A stretch of 64,000 nucleotides of DNA from the human T2T-CHM13v2.0 reference genome, Homo sapiens: the NCBI RefSeq assembly GCF_009914755.1, contig NC_060937.1; one strand, written 5' to 3'. Positions 40,407-53,924 of the stretch are shown here, one piece after another; within the stretch, counting starts at the first letter, position 1; each line of letters opens with the position of its first letter. Under the pieces are notes generated by a model. The model saw only the letters and a program-made list of their open reading frames with translations, did not search any database and had not been told where the DNA came from. The position numbers were made by a program, and so were the translations under genes.

Positions 40407-41521
40407 ACGTTAAAGAAATGGCTTGCTACAAATAAATAAATTAATTAATTAATTAATTTCATACTAAGAAGATGTAATTACTAGTCTGCAAATTGATACA
40501 ACAGTTCAGAAAATGTTTCTTCTTTTGTTCACTGAACCCCAATATTAGCCAACAAATTCTCATAAATCAGAGTAACCACACCATCCATAAGGCTTTATAC
40601 ATCACTTTTGCATCTTTTCCTGAAAATGCATTTGTCTGGCCCTACTCTGAATTAAGTACTGCTCTCTAAAGAACTTGAGCTTGAATCAAGAATGTGTTAT
40701 TTTAAGCTTTGAGTCAACCTTTTTTTTTTCCACCTTAGCAAGACTGATTACTTAATTTGCCAATTGAAATACAAGTAGTCTCAATCTAGCAGTTCTTCTG
40801 GTTTGTTTCTAAGCATATTTACTAGCAAGATCCTGTATATTCACCACCATATTTGAGATAAAGACTGAGGAGCAGAACTTGGGCAGTTTTTACAGGACAT
40901 GCCCATCCTTCACCAAGTGCAAACTAGAAGCAGGGAGCTGGAAAAAAATCTCTCCTGGGCTCTCTAGACCTTCTTTGAATGCACTGCAGCTGCCTTAGAA
41001 AGGCTGGTGTCTGGGGGGCATGGCAGAATTCCTGATGGGAGAAAGCTGGAGGTGAGATTGGAAAGCAAAGAGAGATCCTCATTAACACAAAAAATACCTG
41101 ACATTTTGTAACTGAAAGAGACTCCCCACAGTGTGGAAAGTAATGAAGACAACTGAAGAGGATAAATATCTGGGTAAGTGTGAAATAAATGTTTATTATT
41201 TTTGATTATTTTAAAATACAATTTTTCATTGAAAATAAAATAATAATAATAAATTGGTATAGCAAATTGATGAGGAGTGAAGTGGCAAAAAATTATGCCA
41301 CTGAAAAGTTCTTATGTTTTCAAAGTTCCTTAATACTATATGAATGTAAATAGCAATAAAGATGAATATTATAATTTTTAAAAAATAACTAAAAATGAGA
41401 AAGATAGAGCCTAAATTTAAGAAATGAAATAAAAATGTAGGGAGGAAGGAGGACAGAAGAATTAATCCATTGATTAAGCAACAAGTGGGTATTAAAGGAT
41501 TTGCATAAAAACTGTCCAACA

Positions 41522-41876
<355 letters not shown>

Positions 41877-42244
41877 TTATAAAGGCTTTAAAAACACGGA
41901 TAAAAAATGACGATGGCACAAAGCTAATATAGGAGCAAAAAATACAACTTTTCTAAATACCAAAGCAGTTTTTTTTAATGCCAAGGGAACTAAACAAACT
42001 CAGCAAATATAAAATAATATACAAAAAATAACAAAAAGTTGACAAAGTTATATACAACAGTTTTATCAATGAATGAAGTCAACATAATTTACCTATTAAA
42101 AAGAAAGCATGATGCTAATTTCAAAAGCCAGAGCAAGCTATATATTGTACATTAGCAAAATAAATAAATGAATAAGTAAAAACAAAGTGACATAGGCTAA
42201 ACATTTTTTAAGAGGCTTTTTTTTTTTTTTAGCTAGACGAATCA

Positions 42245-42583
<339 letters not shown>

Positions 42584-42904
42584 TCAGACAAAGTAGAATT
42601 CAAGCCAAAAGTATTAAACCTAACAGCTGCTCCCAATATTTTTTCCACATTTCCTCTCCCAAATTCTACCTAGTCTATTTTGCCCTTGTTTCCTATTACT
42701 TTCTCACCTTTCTTTTTGTCTTTCTCCCTGCTCATCTGAGTTCGCCCTTTAATTTTACTTTCTTGTATGTTCTGTGCTCAACTTTTTAATATGTAGGGCA
42801 ATTTAACTTAACTTTGCATTTTCTGTTTACCTCATATCTAAAGTCTGGATTACATAGAAAGTCTCAGGAGCCTACAGACAAAAACAAATAAAAATGAAAA
42901 GGTT

Positions 42905-43225
42905 GGTCAGGCGCGGTGGCTCATACTTGTAATCTCAGCACTTTGGGAGGCTGAGATGAGCAGATCACCCGAGGTCAGGAGTTTGAGAGCAGTCTGGCCA
43001 ACATGGTAAAACCTTGTCTCTACTAAAAATACAAAAATTAGCCAGGAGTGGTGGCACGCGCCTGTAATCCCAGCTACTCGGGAGGCTGAAGCATGATAAT
43101 CACCCAGGAGGTGGAGGTTGCAGTGTGCTAAGATTGTGCCACTGCTCTCCAGCCTGCAGCCTGGGAAACAGAGTAAGACTGTCAAAAAACAAAAACTAAC
43201 CAAAAAAAAAACAAAAACAAAAAAC
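42905..43225 (+). mobile_element. Alu SINE (AluS)
   Basis: Full dimer with a small deletion and a cagcctg duplication. Confidence 0.96.
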
Positions 43226-43261
43226 CACGTTAAGGCTGCCGCAAGTAACCATTAACAATGT

Positions 43262-43550
43262 TTGCTTCCTCTTCCCTCTCTTTCTCTCTTTCTCTTCTTT
43301 CTTTCTCCTCCCCTTCCCTCCCCTCCCTCTCTCCCTCTATCTCTCTCTCCCTTCTTTCCTTCCTTTCTTTCTTTCTCTCTTCTTTCTTTCTTTCTTTTTC
43401 TTTCCTTCTTTCTTTCTTTCTTTCCCTCCCTCCCTCCCTCTCTCTCTCTCTCTTTCTCTTCTTTCTCTTTCTTTTGTTCTTTCTCTCTTCCTTTTTTTCT
43501 TTTTTTCTTCCTTTCTGTCTTTTCTGTCCCGCATTCTCTCTCTCTGTCTC
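43262..43550. repeat. CT-rich / (TTTC)n(CCCT)n polypyrimidine tract (~290 bp)
   Basis: Direct reading. Confidence 0.95.
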
Positions 43551-43653
43551 ATCTCTATTATTTGCATCAGTTAATGTCTAGGCATGAAAATAGAATCTGC
43601 CCTTGATATTTCCAGTAGGGAAAATGATACAATGAAATAATTGCACCATTCTT

Positions 43654-43875
43654 TTTTTTAATTTTTATTTTATTTTATTATTATTATTATACTTTAAGTT
43701 TTAGGGTACATGTGCACAATGTGCAGGTTAGTTACATATGTATACATGTGCCATGCTGGTGTGCTGCACCCATTAACTCATCAATGAAATGGGAAATCAT
43801 CATTCTCAGTAAACTATCACAAGGACAAAAAACCACACAACGCATGTTCTCACTCATACGTGGGAATTGAACAAT
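43654..43875 (-). mobile_element. Short L1PA2/3-like insertion with 5' inversion (twin priming)
   Basis: 15-bp perfect TSD aattgcaccattctt (43639-43653, 43873-43887); antisense 3' end 43654-43783 joined to a sense 3'UTR piece 43784-43875. Confidence 0.95.
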
Positions 43876-43955
43876 TGCACCATTCTTAGAATGAAGGAGC
43901 AACAAGATCAAAAAGCTGTTGCTCAACTATTAGAAAGTTGCTACTCTTGCTATTC

Positions 43956-44345
43956 TGTATTAGAAGGAATCTATACTCATGTTCAAGTTCCTGGCAGGGC
44001 AACAGCTGCAACTGGCCAGGCATCTCACCCACTACCCCTGCTGGGAAAACCAGCTGTGCTGGAGTTATTTTCAGTCACTGGTCTCTGTCACCTTCAGTTA
44101 CTGGTTTCTGCTGCTGCCACCACCACTGTCAGGTTCAAGTCATTGGTCTGCTGCTGCCACCATCACTACTAGAGCAAGAAGTAGAATGACTTTTCTCTGT
44201 CATCTTATCTATTGCCAAAGTTTTTATTGGCCAATACCAACTAGAATTCAGATGGCAAGGGAATCTGAAAAATGCAATTTTAAGGCTTCCAGCTTCCTCT
44301 GATAAAGAAGATACAGGAGAAGGGAGAGTGTGAGACTGACAGACA
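43956..44345 (-). mobile_element. Ancient ERVL/MaLR-type LTR relic
   Basis: ttattggccaataccaactagaattcagatggcaagggaatctgaaaaatgcaatttt resembles the reverse complement of old ERVL LTRs. Confidence 0.45.
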
Positions 44346-45994
44346 ATAGATAAATACAAATGTGCCATCCATTTATCTATCTGTCTAGCTATATATCTAT
44401 ATATCTATCATCATCATCTATGTTACAATATGTGTTTAGAAGATTGCTCAACAAAATGTCAAACCTTAAAGATGGAATTAATGGTGATTTAAATATGTAC
44501 TGATTAATTTTAATTTTATAATTATTTGTGGCTTTATATATTTTCTCATTTTTATACAAAACTATTTTATTTGGATAATTAAAAAGTTAAACTAAGATAC
44601 AATATTACATTCATTATTATTATGAAATTGTATATAATGTGCAAAAACATTTATTGACATTAAAAAAGGAGTGATGAGAAGACCACCTAATTTTAAGTGA
44701 GATGATGATGGTTAAATTTTGTTTTGGACTTCATATTTTGTTTTTATTTTCCAAATTTTATAAAATTATATATATCAATTTTATAAGCAGAACAAATAAT
44801 TTGAAAATCATATGTCGTCAATGATTTACAGCATTTTAATCTACTAATTTATAGAAAAAACATTGCAAATGTTTGTGTTGCTTTGTTTCATATTTATATA
44901 TTTGGAAATATATGATGTGATGGTTTATATAAATTTTTATTTTAATAAGATTACTGAAATGGGCTTGATTGCAATAATAACAGTTTTTCAATTAATATAT
45001 TTCCTCTTTTGAAAACTTACTTTTTCTTTTAATGTTTCTGAAATTAAGATCCATTTTAAAATCAATAAATTGAAAAACAAGTTAATTTTTTATAAAAATG
45101 AAAGTTATTAAATTATAACACTCTTATAACAAGTGATATGTATATTCTAAGAAATTCTCTATGTGAACAATGCAAATACCACATCATGTCTCTTATAGCT
45201 TATCTTAATGTCTTGCCATCAAGAATTTTTTTAGTGAGATTCAGCTAATTGTTGATCCAGGGAAGATACAAATATTGACACTCATATGAAGTATAATAGT
45301 TACAAAAATCATCTTTATATTAATTTGTCTAAGTAACTGAAATATTTTCCTTTTTTAACACTTCTAGGAGTATTTGAAATTTGAGACGTATCGGATAAAA
45401 TAATATCTTAAATAACATAAAATAGCATTAATTTAGTAATTGACATATGTATCTCACGAGCCTGTTTTAGGCACCATGGTTTCTACATCACTAACCTTTT
45501 TTTCCAGATTATGTGTAATCTATAACTAGTGATAGTCCAATATGCAATTCATTTCCAGTTAAAATTTCGTGAATTTATGGGCAAGCTATAGTTCTTCTGA
45601 TATGATTGTTGAGATTGTTAAATATGTTGATGATCTCAGATTTCAGTCTACGCACATCCTAGACATACTGATTGTAAATGAATCAGGCTAATTCTGGATC
45701 TCAGGGTTGTATGGTGCCAAATTTCTTGCTGATTGTGTTACAGGAGAGAGAACATATTTCCTTTCTTTTGTGGTCTCAATACTCTTCTTTTCTCTCCCTA
45801 AATTTATTCTTTTCCTAGGGCAACGCGCCTTCTACTTCCTCTGGAGCACTTCTGTGGTCACCTTCTCCCTTTGGACCTATTTCAGTCCATTGGCTTATTC
45901 CTGTATTCCTATATTTTATTTACACTCAACATCAGTAATTAGTTCCATGTTTTAATTTGTTATATTGCCTCAAGGCATACTATGTGGCTGTAAC

Positions 45995-46145
45995 TGCTTG
46001 CATTCCAGTCACAGATCTACTGCTTACTAGACCAGCTGTAACACAGGAGCTTTACATAGTATTCGTTTGCCTCAATTTTCTCATTTGTAAAATGTAGCTA
46101 ATAGTAAATACTGAACAGAGTAGTTGTGACTTTTAAAATAAAATA
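45995..46145 (+). mobile_element. MIR relic
   Basis: tgcctcaattttctcatttgtaaaatg...aatagta...gttgtga. Confidence 0.7.
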
Positions 46146-48890
46146 TAATCACCACAATACAACATTACTGCCTCTCAAAATTCTCTTAATTGGGATTATC
46201 TGTTATTGATATCTGACCTTCCAAACTTTTGTTTTCCATTGTAAGAGAGCTTTGTAAATATTTCAGAAAGAGGAAAGAAAACATTAGCACTGAAATTATC
46301 CATAATTCTGAAATTTATACATATTCAATTTAGTTAAAAAACCATTGTTAATAATTCTAGCCATTTGGACTTTGGCTAAAATTTAGAAATGTCTCATATT
46401 CAGCCATCTTTAAATCAAAAATACAATGTACTAGACCATTAATGAGCTGAATGTGAAATAATATAAAAATGGAACTTAAATAAATGAATACATATAAGTC
46501 AAAAAGAAAAATAAACATTCAATTTTTATAAATTTTTCTCCTATTTTCTTTTTGAGAATTGATAGTGGCACGTATCTCCAGTAATGGTCTGCTTACCTCC
46601 AATAATGGTACCTCCTGAAAACAGAACTCTTCATGGAGACAGGCATAGGAAGGTAGGGCCACTTACCTTTCTCTGGTTCATCAGAGGAATCTCAATTTCA
46701 ACACTTAAGGAATGAAGTGTGTTGGTCCTTTTATGATTTTCCCTAACACATTCATATTTTGCCCCACTGAGGGACAGCTGAACCCATAGTAATCTACCAC
46801 AGTTTTAGTGCCACAAATAATACAAGAATCTCTGCTACATAAGATGCTATTTATCTGGCAATCTTCTTTTGCTACATAGTCTATCCTAGAAGTGCTTATC
46901 AGGGGTTCTCCACTGTATTTGTACATGTTATTCCTTTTTACCTAATTCAGTAACTGTAATCCTCTCTTTCTATACCTTTCATAAAACTATCACTTAAAGG
47001 TTGATGCTTTAAAGGGAAGATCATAGGTGATTTAATACGTATTTTTAATATGTATTTCTAACTGTGGTACTGTCTCTGTTTTTTAAAAGTTGCTGCTAGT
47101 CTTCTGGTTACAAAGTTGCATAGGTACTGTCAAGTCATATTTTTCCTACAAATCATATCATTTTGTGTGCAGTTTTCCACACCGCAAGATTTTTAAGGAA
47201 CACACTGGTAATGTTATAGAATAAACAGCAGTATTCACCTCCAAAGGAAAAGCACTTTTAATAAATGGTGATGGTAATAGCAGTGAAGTATAAAACAGCA
47301 AGATTACACTTTAATCTCTCTTTCCTGACAGAGCTTTTGCCAGTTTTTAAAGCCATGACAGTTAGCCATGGCTGGAACCCTCAGTGGTCTCCCTCTAGCT
47401 GGGGAGATCAGTAGACAGCCACCAATATCATGGAACTCTTGGATCAAGCTCAGAGAAGGATATCAATATTTTGAGCAAGAGATGGTAACCTGGGGAGTGA
47501 TATTTGGCACTTTGCCTCATGGAACATGTGTTACTTTGAAAAGGTACACAATTCAGTGAGTGTCCTGCCAGTAGCTAAAAAGATAAGAGAGGCAATAAAT
47601 GATAAATGAGATCATGCTAGCAAAATGTTTTAGAGTGACAAAATGTACAAGGGCCAGATAATAAATATGGATAAGAATAAAATAGTCATCTTGTGGAAAA
47701 GATATTGAGCTCATTCTTAAGACTCTTATGGGTAAGAGTTTTTTTTTTAATAGTTGGAACAGCCTGACACTCTTGCAGAAATGCATCAATTAACAAACCT
47801 AAGAATAAATGAACTCTTCTAGAGATGAAAGAGCTTAAGTGTATAGTTTATCATCAGTGTACTCCCAAGAGATATTTTCTGTATGCAGAACTTGTAAAAC
47901 AATTTCAGAAGATTCATACTTGTTCACTCACATCACTGACAAACATAATTCTCAATGATGGCCTAACAAGATTAGTTGTTCTCTTTCTTTGTGAAGTTTG
48001 AAACACTCTGCTCAGCTAAAAAGAGAACAAAGCGATCTTCCATAGAGTTGTAAAGAAATATTGAATAATTCTCTCTAACTTGCCCATACTTTTCGATCTC
48101 ATGTATAACTTTTCAATTTAATTGTTTCACTAAATAAATAAATACATGTGTATTTTTGTGACTGCTTGCAATAGACTGAAATTATTTTGTGTGGCCACTG
48201 AGTGAAGTCACAGTGCCCTAGAAGGTGGTCAGTTACAATCACATTAGGTAAAGTGGTTAAGATGAATGAGCAATAACATAGATAACCAATTTGATTCTCA
48301 TATCCTTTTCTTACTGTGTAACATGAAAAGAGTATTTTAGCAGGGACCAAAGAAAAATTTTAATACATTCTTGATAATATTCTCTTATAATTTTACAGTA
48401 ACCTTTACATTGTGTTAGTTTGTGTCTTCCAAGAAGCAGAGACTGAGATGGGATTAAATCTGCAAGGTTTTATTAGAGTAGAATTTATCTCCCACACCAC
48501 ATACATGTATTTTACCAAAGCTACATCTTGCTTTTCCTGTCTAATTGGTATGATGCCACTGAGGTAATGGGTCATTGTAATATTCTATGGAATGTTCAGT
48601 TTGTCCAGATCTTGTGGGACTGTTTCATGACATGATAGAAGATTAGTATAGATTTAAGGCAAAAATATGAACGAATATTATTGTCCAATCCATGTCAATG
48701 TGAACTGTTTCTTTTCTAATTGAAATGGTAAATAATGAGTGTGTTTGCCAAATCAATGACTACGCAGTAACTAATCTGTTCTGACAATAATAACACGTCA
48801 TGCTGAAATTAGGCTAATTGTTGGTTGAGTCCCTGGTGGTCTACATTCATTCTTTGGGATTCATCCAATTTCTTTAAGTTAAATAGAACA

Positions 48891-49170
48891 GTCTGGGTCT
48901 GTTATCCCATCATTTTGGGAGGTAAGGCAGGCAAATCACTTGAGCCCAGGAGTTCAAGACCAGCTTGGGAAACTTGGTGAAATCTCATCTCTGCTAAAAA
49001 TACAAAAATTAGCTGGGTGTGGTGGTGCATGCCTGTCGTCCTAAGATACTCTGGAGGTGGAAGTAAGAGGATCGTTTGAGCCTGGGAGGCCAAGCCTGCA
49101 GTGACTGCACCACTGCAGTCCAGACTGGGCAACAGAGGGAGGACATGTCTCAAAAATAAATGAATAAATA
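48891..49170 (+). mobile_element. AluJ-like SINE with deletions, nested in ERVL pol
   Basis: tcacttgagcccaggagttcaagaccagc; (TAAA)n tail; imperfect TSD aaatagaaca/aaatagagca. Confidence 0.93.
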
Positions 49171-49389
49171 AATAGAGCAATATAAATGGAGATATTGTAG
49201 GGACCACCAATCCTGCATTCTTTAGTTTTTTAATGGTGGCATACATACCCCTTGGATATAATATTTTATTTATTTGTTTATTTATCTTTCAGGAGTGATG
49301 GCTATTTTCAGAAGTTTCTAGTTGACTTTCCCCACAATGATATTCTTATTCTACAGAAAATTGTAGAGATTACTCAAAATTACCTAGTG

Positions 49390-49725
49390 CAGTTGGCCCA
49401 TAATATCTGTGATATCCATACCCATGGATTCAACCAAATATGGACCAAAATATTTTTAACAAAAAGCATCTGTGTTGAACATATACAGATTTTTTTCTCG
49501 TCATCATTTTCAAAACAATTGATCTAACAACTATTTATAAAGCATTTATGTTGTATTAGGTATTATTTATCAATAATCTAAAAATGATTCAAAGTATGTG
49601 GGAGGAGGTATCTGGATTATATGCAAATACTTTGCTATTTTATACAAGGGACTTGAACATCCATAAATTTTGCTATACATAGGGCCTCCTGGAACCAATC
49701 CCCCAGAGATATCAAAGAACGACTG
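49390..49725. mobile_element. MER2 (Tigger-family MITE) nested in ERVL
   Basis: cagttggccc...ccatggattcaaccaa...cctggaaccaatcccccagagatatcaaagaacgactg. Confidence 0.9.
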
Positions 49726-51121
49726 TGTTTCAATTCAATCATACCTTTGATGACTGGAAAAATTGCCATTAACTGGGTTTGTAAACTCAGGAGCCAATTG
49801 TGTGACAGAATTTAACTAGGATTCCATTCATTACCGAGCCTTGATAAGCTTTCAATTGAACAGAGGGGCTGTAATGATCCTTGGTGTCTCCAAATAGCAA
49901 CATCAACTCAGACTTTGTGTGCAATAGTCCTCAGAGTATCTGGTTATTTCCTTAATTCCCCTTTCCCCAGTGCACAGTAACATAAGTAAAGCCATGGCTC
50001 CCTTTGAGGATAATGCAGGGTATTGTTATGGTACCCAGAGTGTTGCAGGGTCCTTTCACCTATGAGCCTGGAAAATTCTTTAATCAATGCGTTCTAAATT
50101 TGAATATTGACTCAGGCCAAGAGACTGAGCAATAGATAAAACATTTTTTATAAAGGTGACTGCACTCAGCCTCCAGTTGTCCATTCTTTTTCTTTAAAAA
50201 ATTATAGACATTAAATAAAATCCTCAATGAATGTCCATCTCTTTTTCCCCTAGAGACACCATGCCTTAATCATTTACACAATCTCCTGTGTCTAATATCT
50301 CTTTGGCTGTCTTGTTGACATTGCTGATCATTACAGCCATAGAACCTAACTCCATTAGTTCAGGGTGCCTTTATCTCATTGGGTATTAACAAGTCCAAGC
50401 ATGTGACTGCCTCTCCTTCATTATACATAGCCTGTAGAGAAGAGCCAGCAATGACCTTCTGTTTGGTGTTGGTGCCCTCTCAGCATTCTCCTGATGGGTT
50501 TGGTGAATGGTGAGTCTAATGTGCCTTTCTTTGAAACATGATCCTTTACTGGGTCTTCTGTTCTTACATAATAGACCAGCATACCCTCTTCCCTTACCCT
50601 ACTAATCTTTTATCTATTATCTGCCAGAGCATCTCAGGTATTTCTATGTGCTGCAAGTAAGCCATGTTTTTCCCTGGACTCCTAAAAGCAACTCCAGCAA
50701 AGAATTTGCCCCATTATCTAGGGTCCTTCCTGGGGTGTTAAATATCTTGTCTTAAGAAAATGTCCCCAAGTAAATATATTTCTCTTTACTCAGTCTTACA
50801 CTTTGACACTTTCAACAAGCACTCTTAAAATCTGATCCCAGGAGTACCACCTTGCTCCTGCTAGTATGTGCTAGTTCGCCCTTACTACTGCTTTGGTAAA
50901 TAATCTTGTTGCTCTATTAATAATGTCAGCAGGTCCCCAACCAATTTTTGCTGACATACGCCCCTTTATATAGGGATGACAGCCATGAGGAAGTAGAGGT
51001 TGCTCTTGAGGAGGCATCTGCTAATTTGTAGGGGACCATCCTCTGCAGCATCTTCTAATACAAAAGTGCGAGCTCTTACCAGGGAGCCATGGACCACATC
51101 TAAAACAGAGAGTTTAGAGAG

Positions 51122-51566
51122 ATATAGGGCTAGGGCTGTTGTAGTAAAGTACCACAAACTGGGTGGCTTGAAACAACAGAAATATATTGTCTCACAATTC
51201 TGGAGGCTAGAAGTCCTAAATGAAGGTGCCAACAGAAGCATGCTTACGCTGAAGCCTATAGAAAATCATCCTTTCCAGCCTCTTCCTAGCTTCCAGTGGT
51301 TTGCCAGCAATCTTTGGTGTTCCTTGGCTTGTAGCTGCATTTCAGTCTGTCTTCATCATAACATAGCACCCTCCCCTCATGTGCCCATGTCTCTTCTCTT
51401 CTAAGAACACCAGGCATATTAGCTTAAGAGCCCACCCTACTGCAGTATGATTCCTCTTAACTAATTACATCAAAAGTAACCCTATTTCTACATAAGGTCA
51501 TATTCTGCAGTGCTCCTGATTAGAGCTTTAACATATATTTTAGGGCAAATAATTCAACTCATAACA
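51122..51566 (-). mobile_element. MLT1B/C MaLR LTR nested in ERVL gag
   Basis: agtaccacaaactgggtggcttgaaacaacagaaatatattgtctcacaattctggaggctagaagtcc...aattcaactcataaca. Confidence 0.9.
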
Positions 51567-51861
51567 GGGGTTTTATAGAGACATCTTCCAGGATATTGAC
51601 TCAGATATTGCTGTTTTCAGGAACCTAAGTTTTTCCTACAAGGCCTTATCTTTGCTTAACACACCTGCCTTGGCTGAGCTTATGAAATCTTCAGGTGGTA
51701 TTATTAGGACTTCAGTGCCTGCTACTTGTCTCTGTCTGCTCTTTCATTACAAGTGATAAGAGCCTGCTTTTCAGCTACCACTGGTTCTCACACTTGGCCA
51801 TTAACAGCCTGCTATCAGTCTTTAGTCTCTTATCCTTCTGTAGAACATCAGTACAATGTAG

Positions 51862-52351
<490 letters not shown>

Positions 52352-52452
52352 TAGATCTTTGTCCTACCTGCGAATGAAGATGATGTCTTCTTAGCCTGCT
52401 AGATAAAACATGAGCCTTTGCCAAATACCTGTATTACTGAGGCCTATTTCTT

Positions 52453-52470
52453 GGAGCAGACCTAGTACCA
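52453..52470 (-). promoter_or_regulatory. Degenerate retroviral primer-binding site (Leu-type, ERVL)
   Basis: Minus strand tggtactaggtctgctcc immediately inside the 5' LTR; ERVL PBSs begin TGGTACCAG/TGGTGCC. Confidence 0.5.
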
Positions 52471-52959
52471 TTTTTTTTTAATGTGAGGAGAGACAAGAAT
52501 AGACTTAAGTAGGAAAGACTTCTATTAGAGGAAACATCTGTGTGAGAGAAAATGGAGGAGGTATTGGGAAGGCCAGGAGAATCATCAAACTGTAGTTTAT
52601 TCTGGAAGACCTCGAGCAAAGAAGAGAAGGAGGGAAGGTTATTGGGAAGCATGCTAGACTGCCAGGCCAGTGGGGCATCCTTGAGCCAAAGCAGCCATCA
52701 GAGGAGTACTGTGTCTCTCAGGAACAGCTCTGTCTTTGGGGTGACAGACCTGCTATGCTCAATCTTTGGAGAGACTGACTCAAGTCAAGCCCATGGGGAG
52801 CATGACTTTGCCATAAACACAGTGATGGATTTCATAATACAATGACTGGATGCTTAATCAGTTATCCCCCCATACTTGGTGTCTGTGGGATGCATTTTTT
52901 GGCCAACAAATATGCTTCATGTGCTTTCACAAACTCTCAATTTATTTTATTCTGGCATT

Positions 52960-53550
52960 CATCCACCCTCTTCTCTTGAGTGATTCATAAGAATATCCCC
53001 TTCTTCCACTAAAGTTAATACTTCTACATGAGATTTAAATTCTATACCCTTGAAATTTCTTAGGAATCTAGTATAATAAATTGATTTTTGTCTCTCTTCC
53101 CAGACACAGTCTGTCTTCTCAACTGTTTTATTTTATTTTGTTTTAACTTAAAATATATTTAATTCTCATTAGAGTTACTAATCTTAATGCTACCTGTCCT
53201 TTACTGCTCTCCTGGACTTCTTTTTTCACTGTCAAATTAGTGGCCAATGAGCACTGTCTCTTTCTCAACTATTGCTGAATATTCACTCCCAGCATGGCTC
53301 CTCTCCTATTGATCTATTACAATAACTCCTCGTAACCTTCATTCACTACACCTAAGCATCATTTTTCAGTCCTTGTCTGACTCAACCTTTTATATGAAGT
53401 TGTTGACCAACTGCTTCTCCAGATATTTCCTTTCGTTGCCTTCCATAACACCACATGTCCATTTTATAATTGTTTTCTCTGACACTCTGTTTCCTTTAAA
53501 GCTTACTCTCCCGTACCTAGCCATTAAAATGATGGTGGTCTTTAAGATTT
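52960..53550 (+). mobile_element. L2 relic
   Basis: cactcccagcatggct...catttttcagtccttgtctgactcaacc...gccttccataacaccaca. Confidence 0.6.
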
Positions 53551-53557
53551 TATCAGG

Positions 53558-53885
53558 CAATATGGGTTGGATCTGTGTTCCCACCCAAATCTCATGTCAA
53601 ATTTTAATCCCTAATGTTGGAGGTGGGGCCTGGTGGGAAGTGATTAGATCATGGGAGTGAATTTCCCTTTGGTGCTGTTCTTGTGATAGTGAGTTATCGC
53701 AAGATCTGGTTGTTTAAAAGTGTGTAGCACCTCTCCCCTCTCACTCTATTCCTCTTGCTTTAGCCCTGTAAAATGTGCCTGATTCTTTTTCACCTTCTGT
53801 CATGATTGTGAGTTTCCTAAGGCCTCACCAGAAGTAGAAGCCTGTACAGCCTGTGGAACCATGAATCAATTAAACCTCTTTCCTT
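53558..53885 (+). mobile_element. MSTA/B MaLR LTR, 3' end lost at the L1 junction
   Basis: atatgggttggatctgtgttcccacccaaatctcatgtcaaattttaatccctaatgttggaggtggggcctggtggg...aattaaacctctt. Confidence 0.9.
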
Positions 53886-53924
53886 AGTGAGTTAATTATA
53901 AAGAATTTCTTTATAAATTAAATT

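Noticed and set aside
43258-43606. S/L/F-rich and R/E/K-rich ORFs (also 32432-32614)
   Set aside because: Translations of low-complexity CT/GA tracts
47330-47560. Plus-strand acceptor and 63-aa ORF as a coding exon
   Set aside because: All frames from the acceptor hit early stops; no recognisable protein or partner exons
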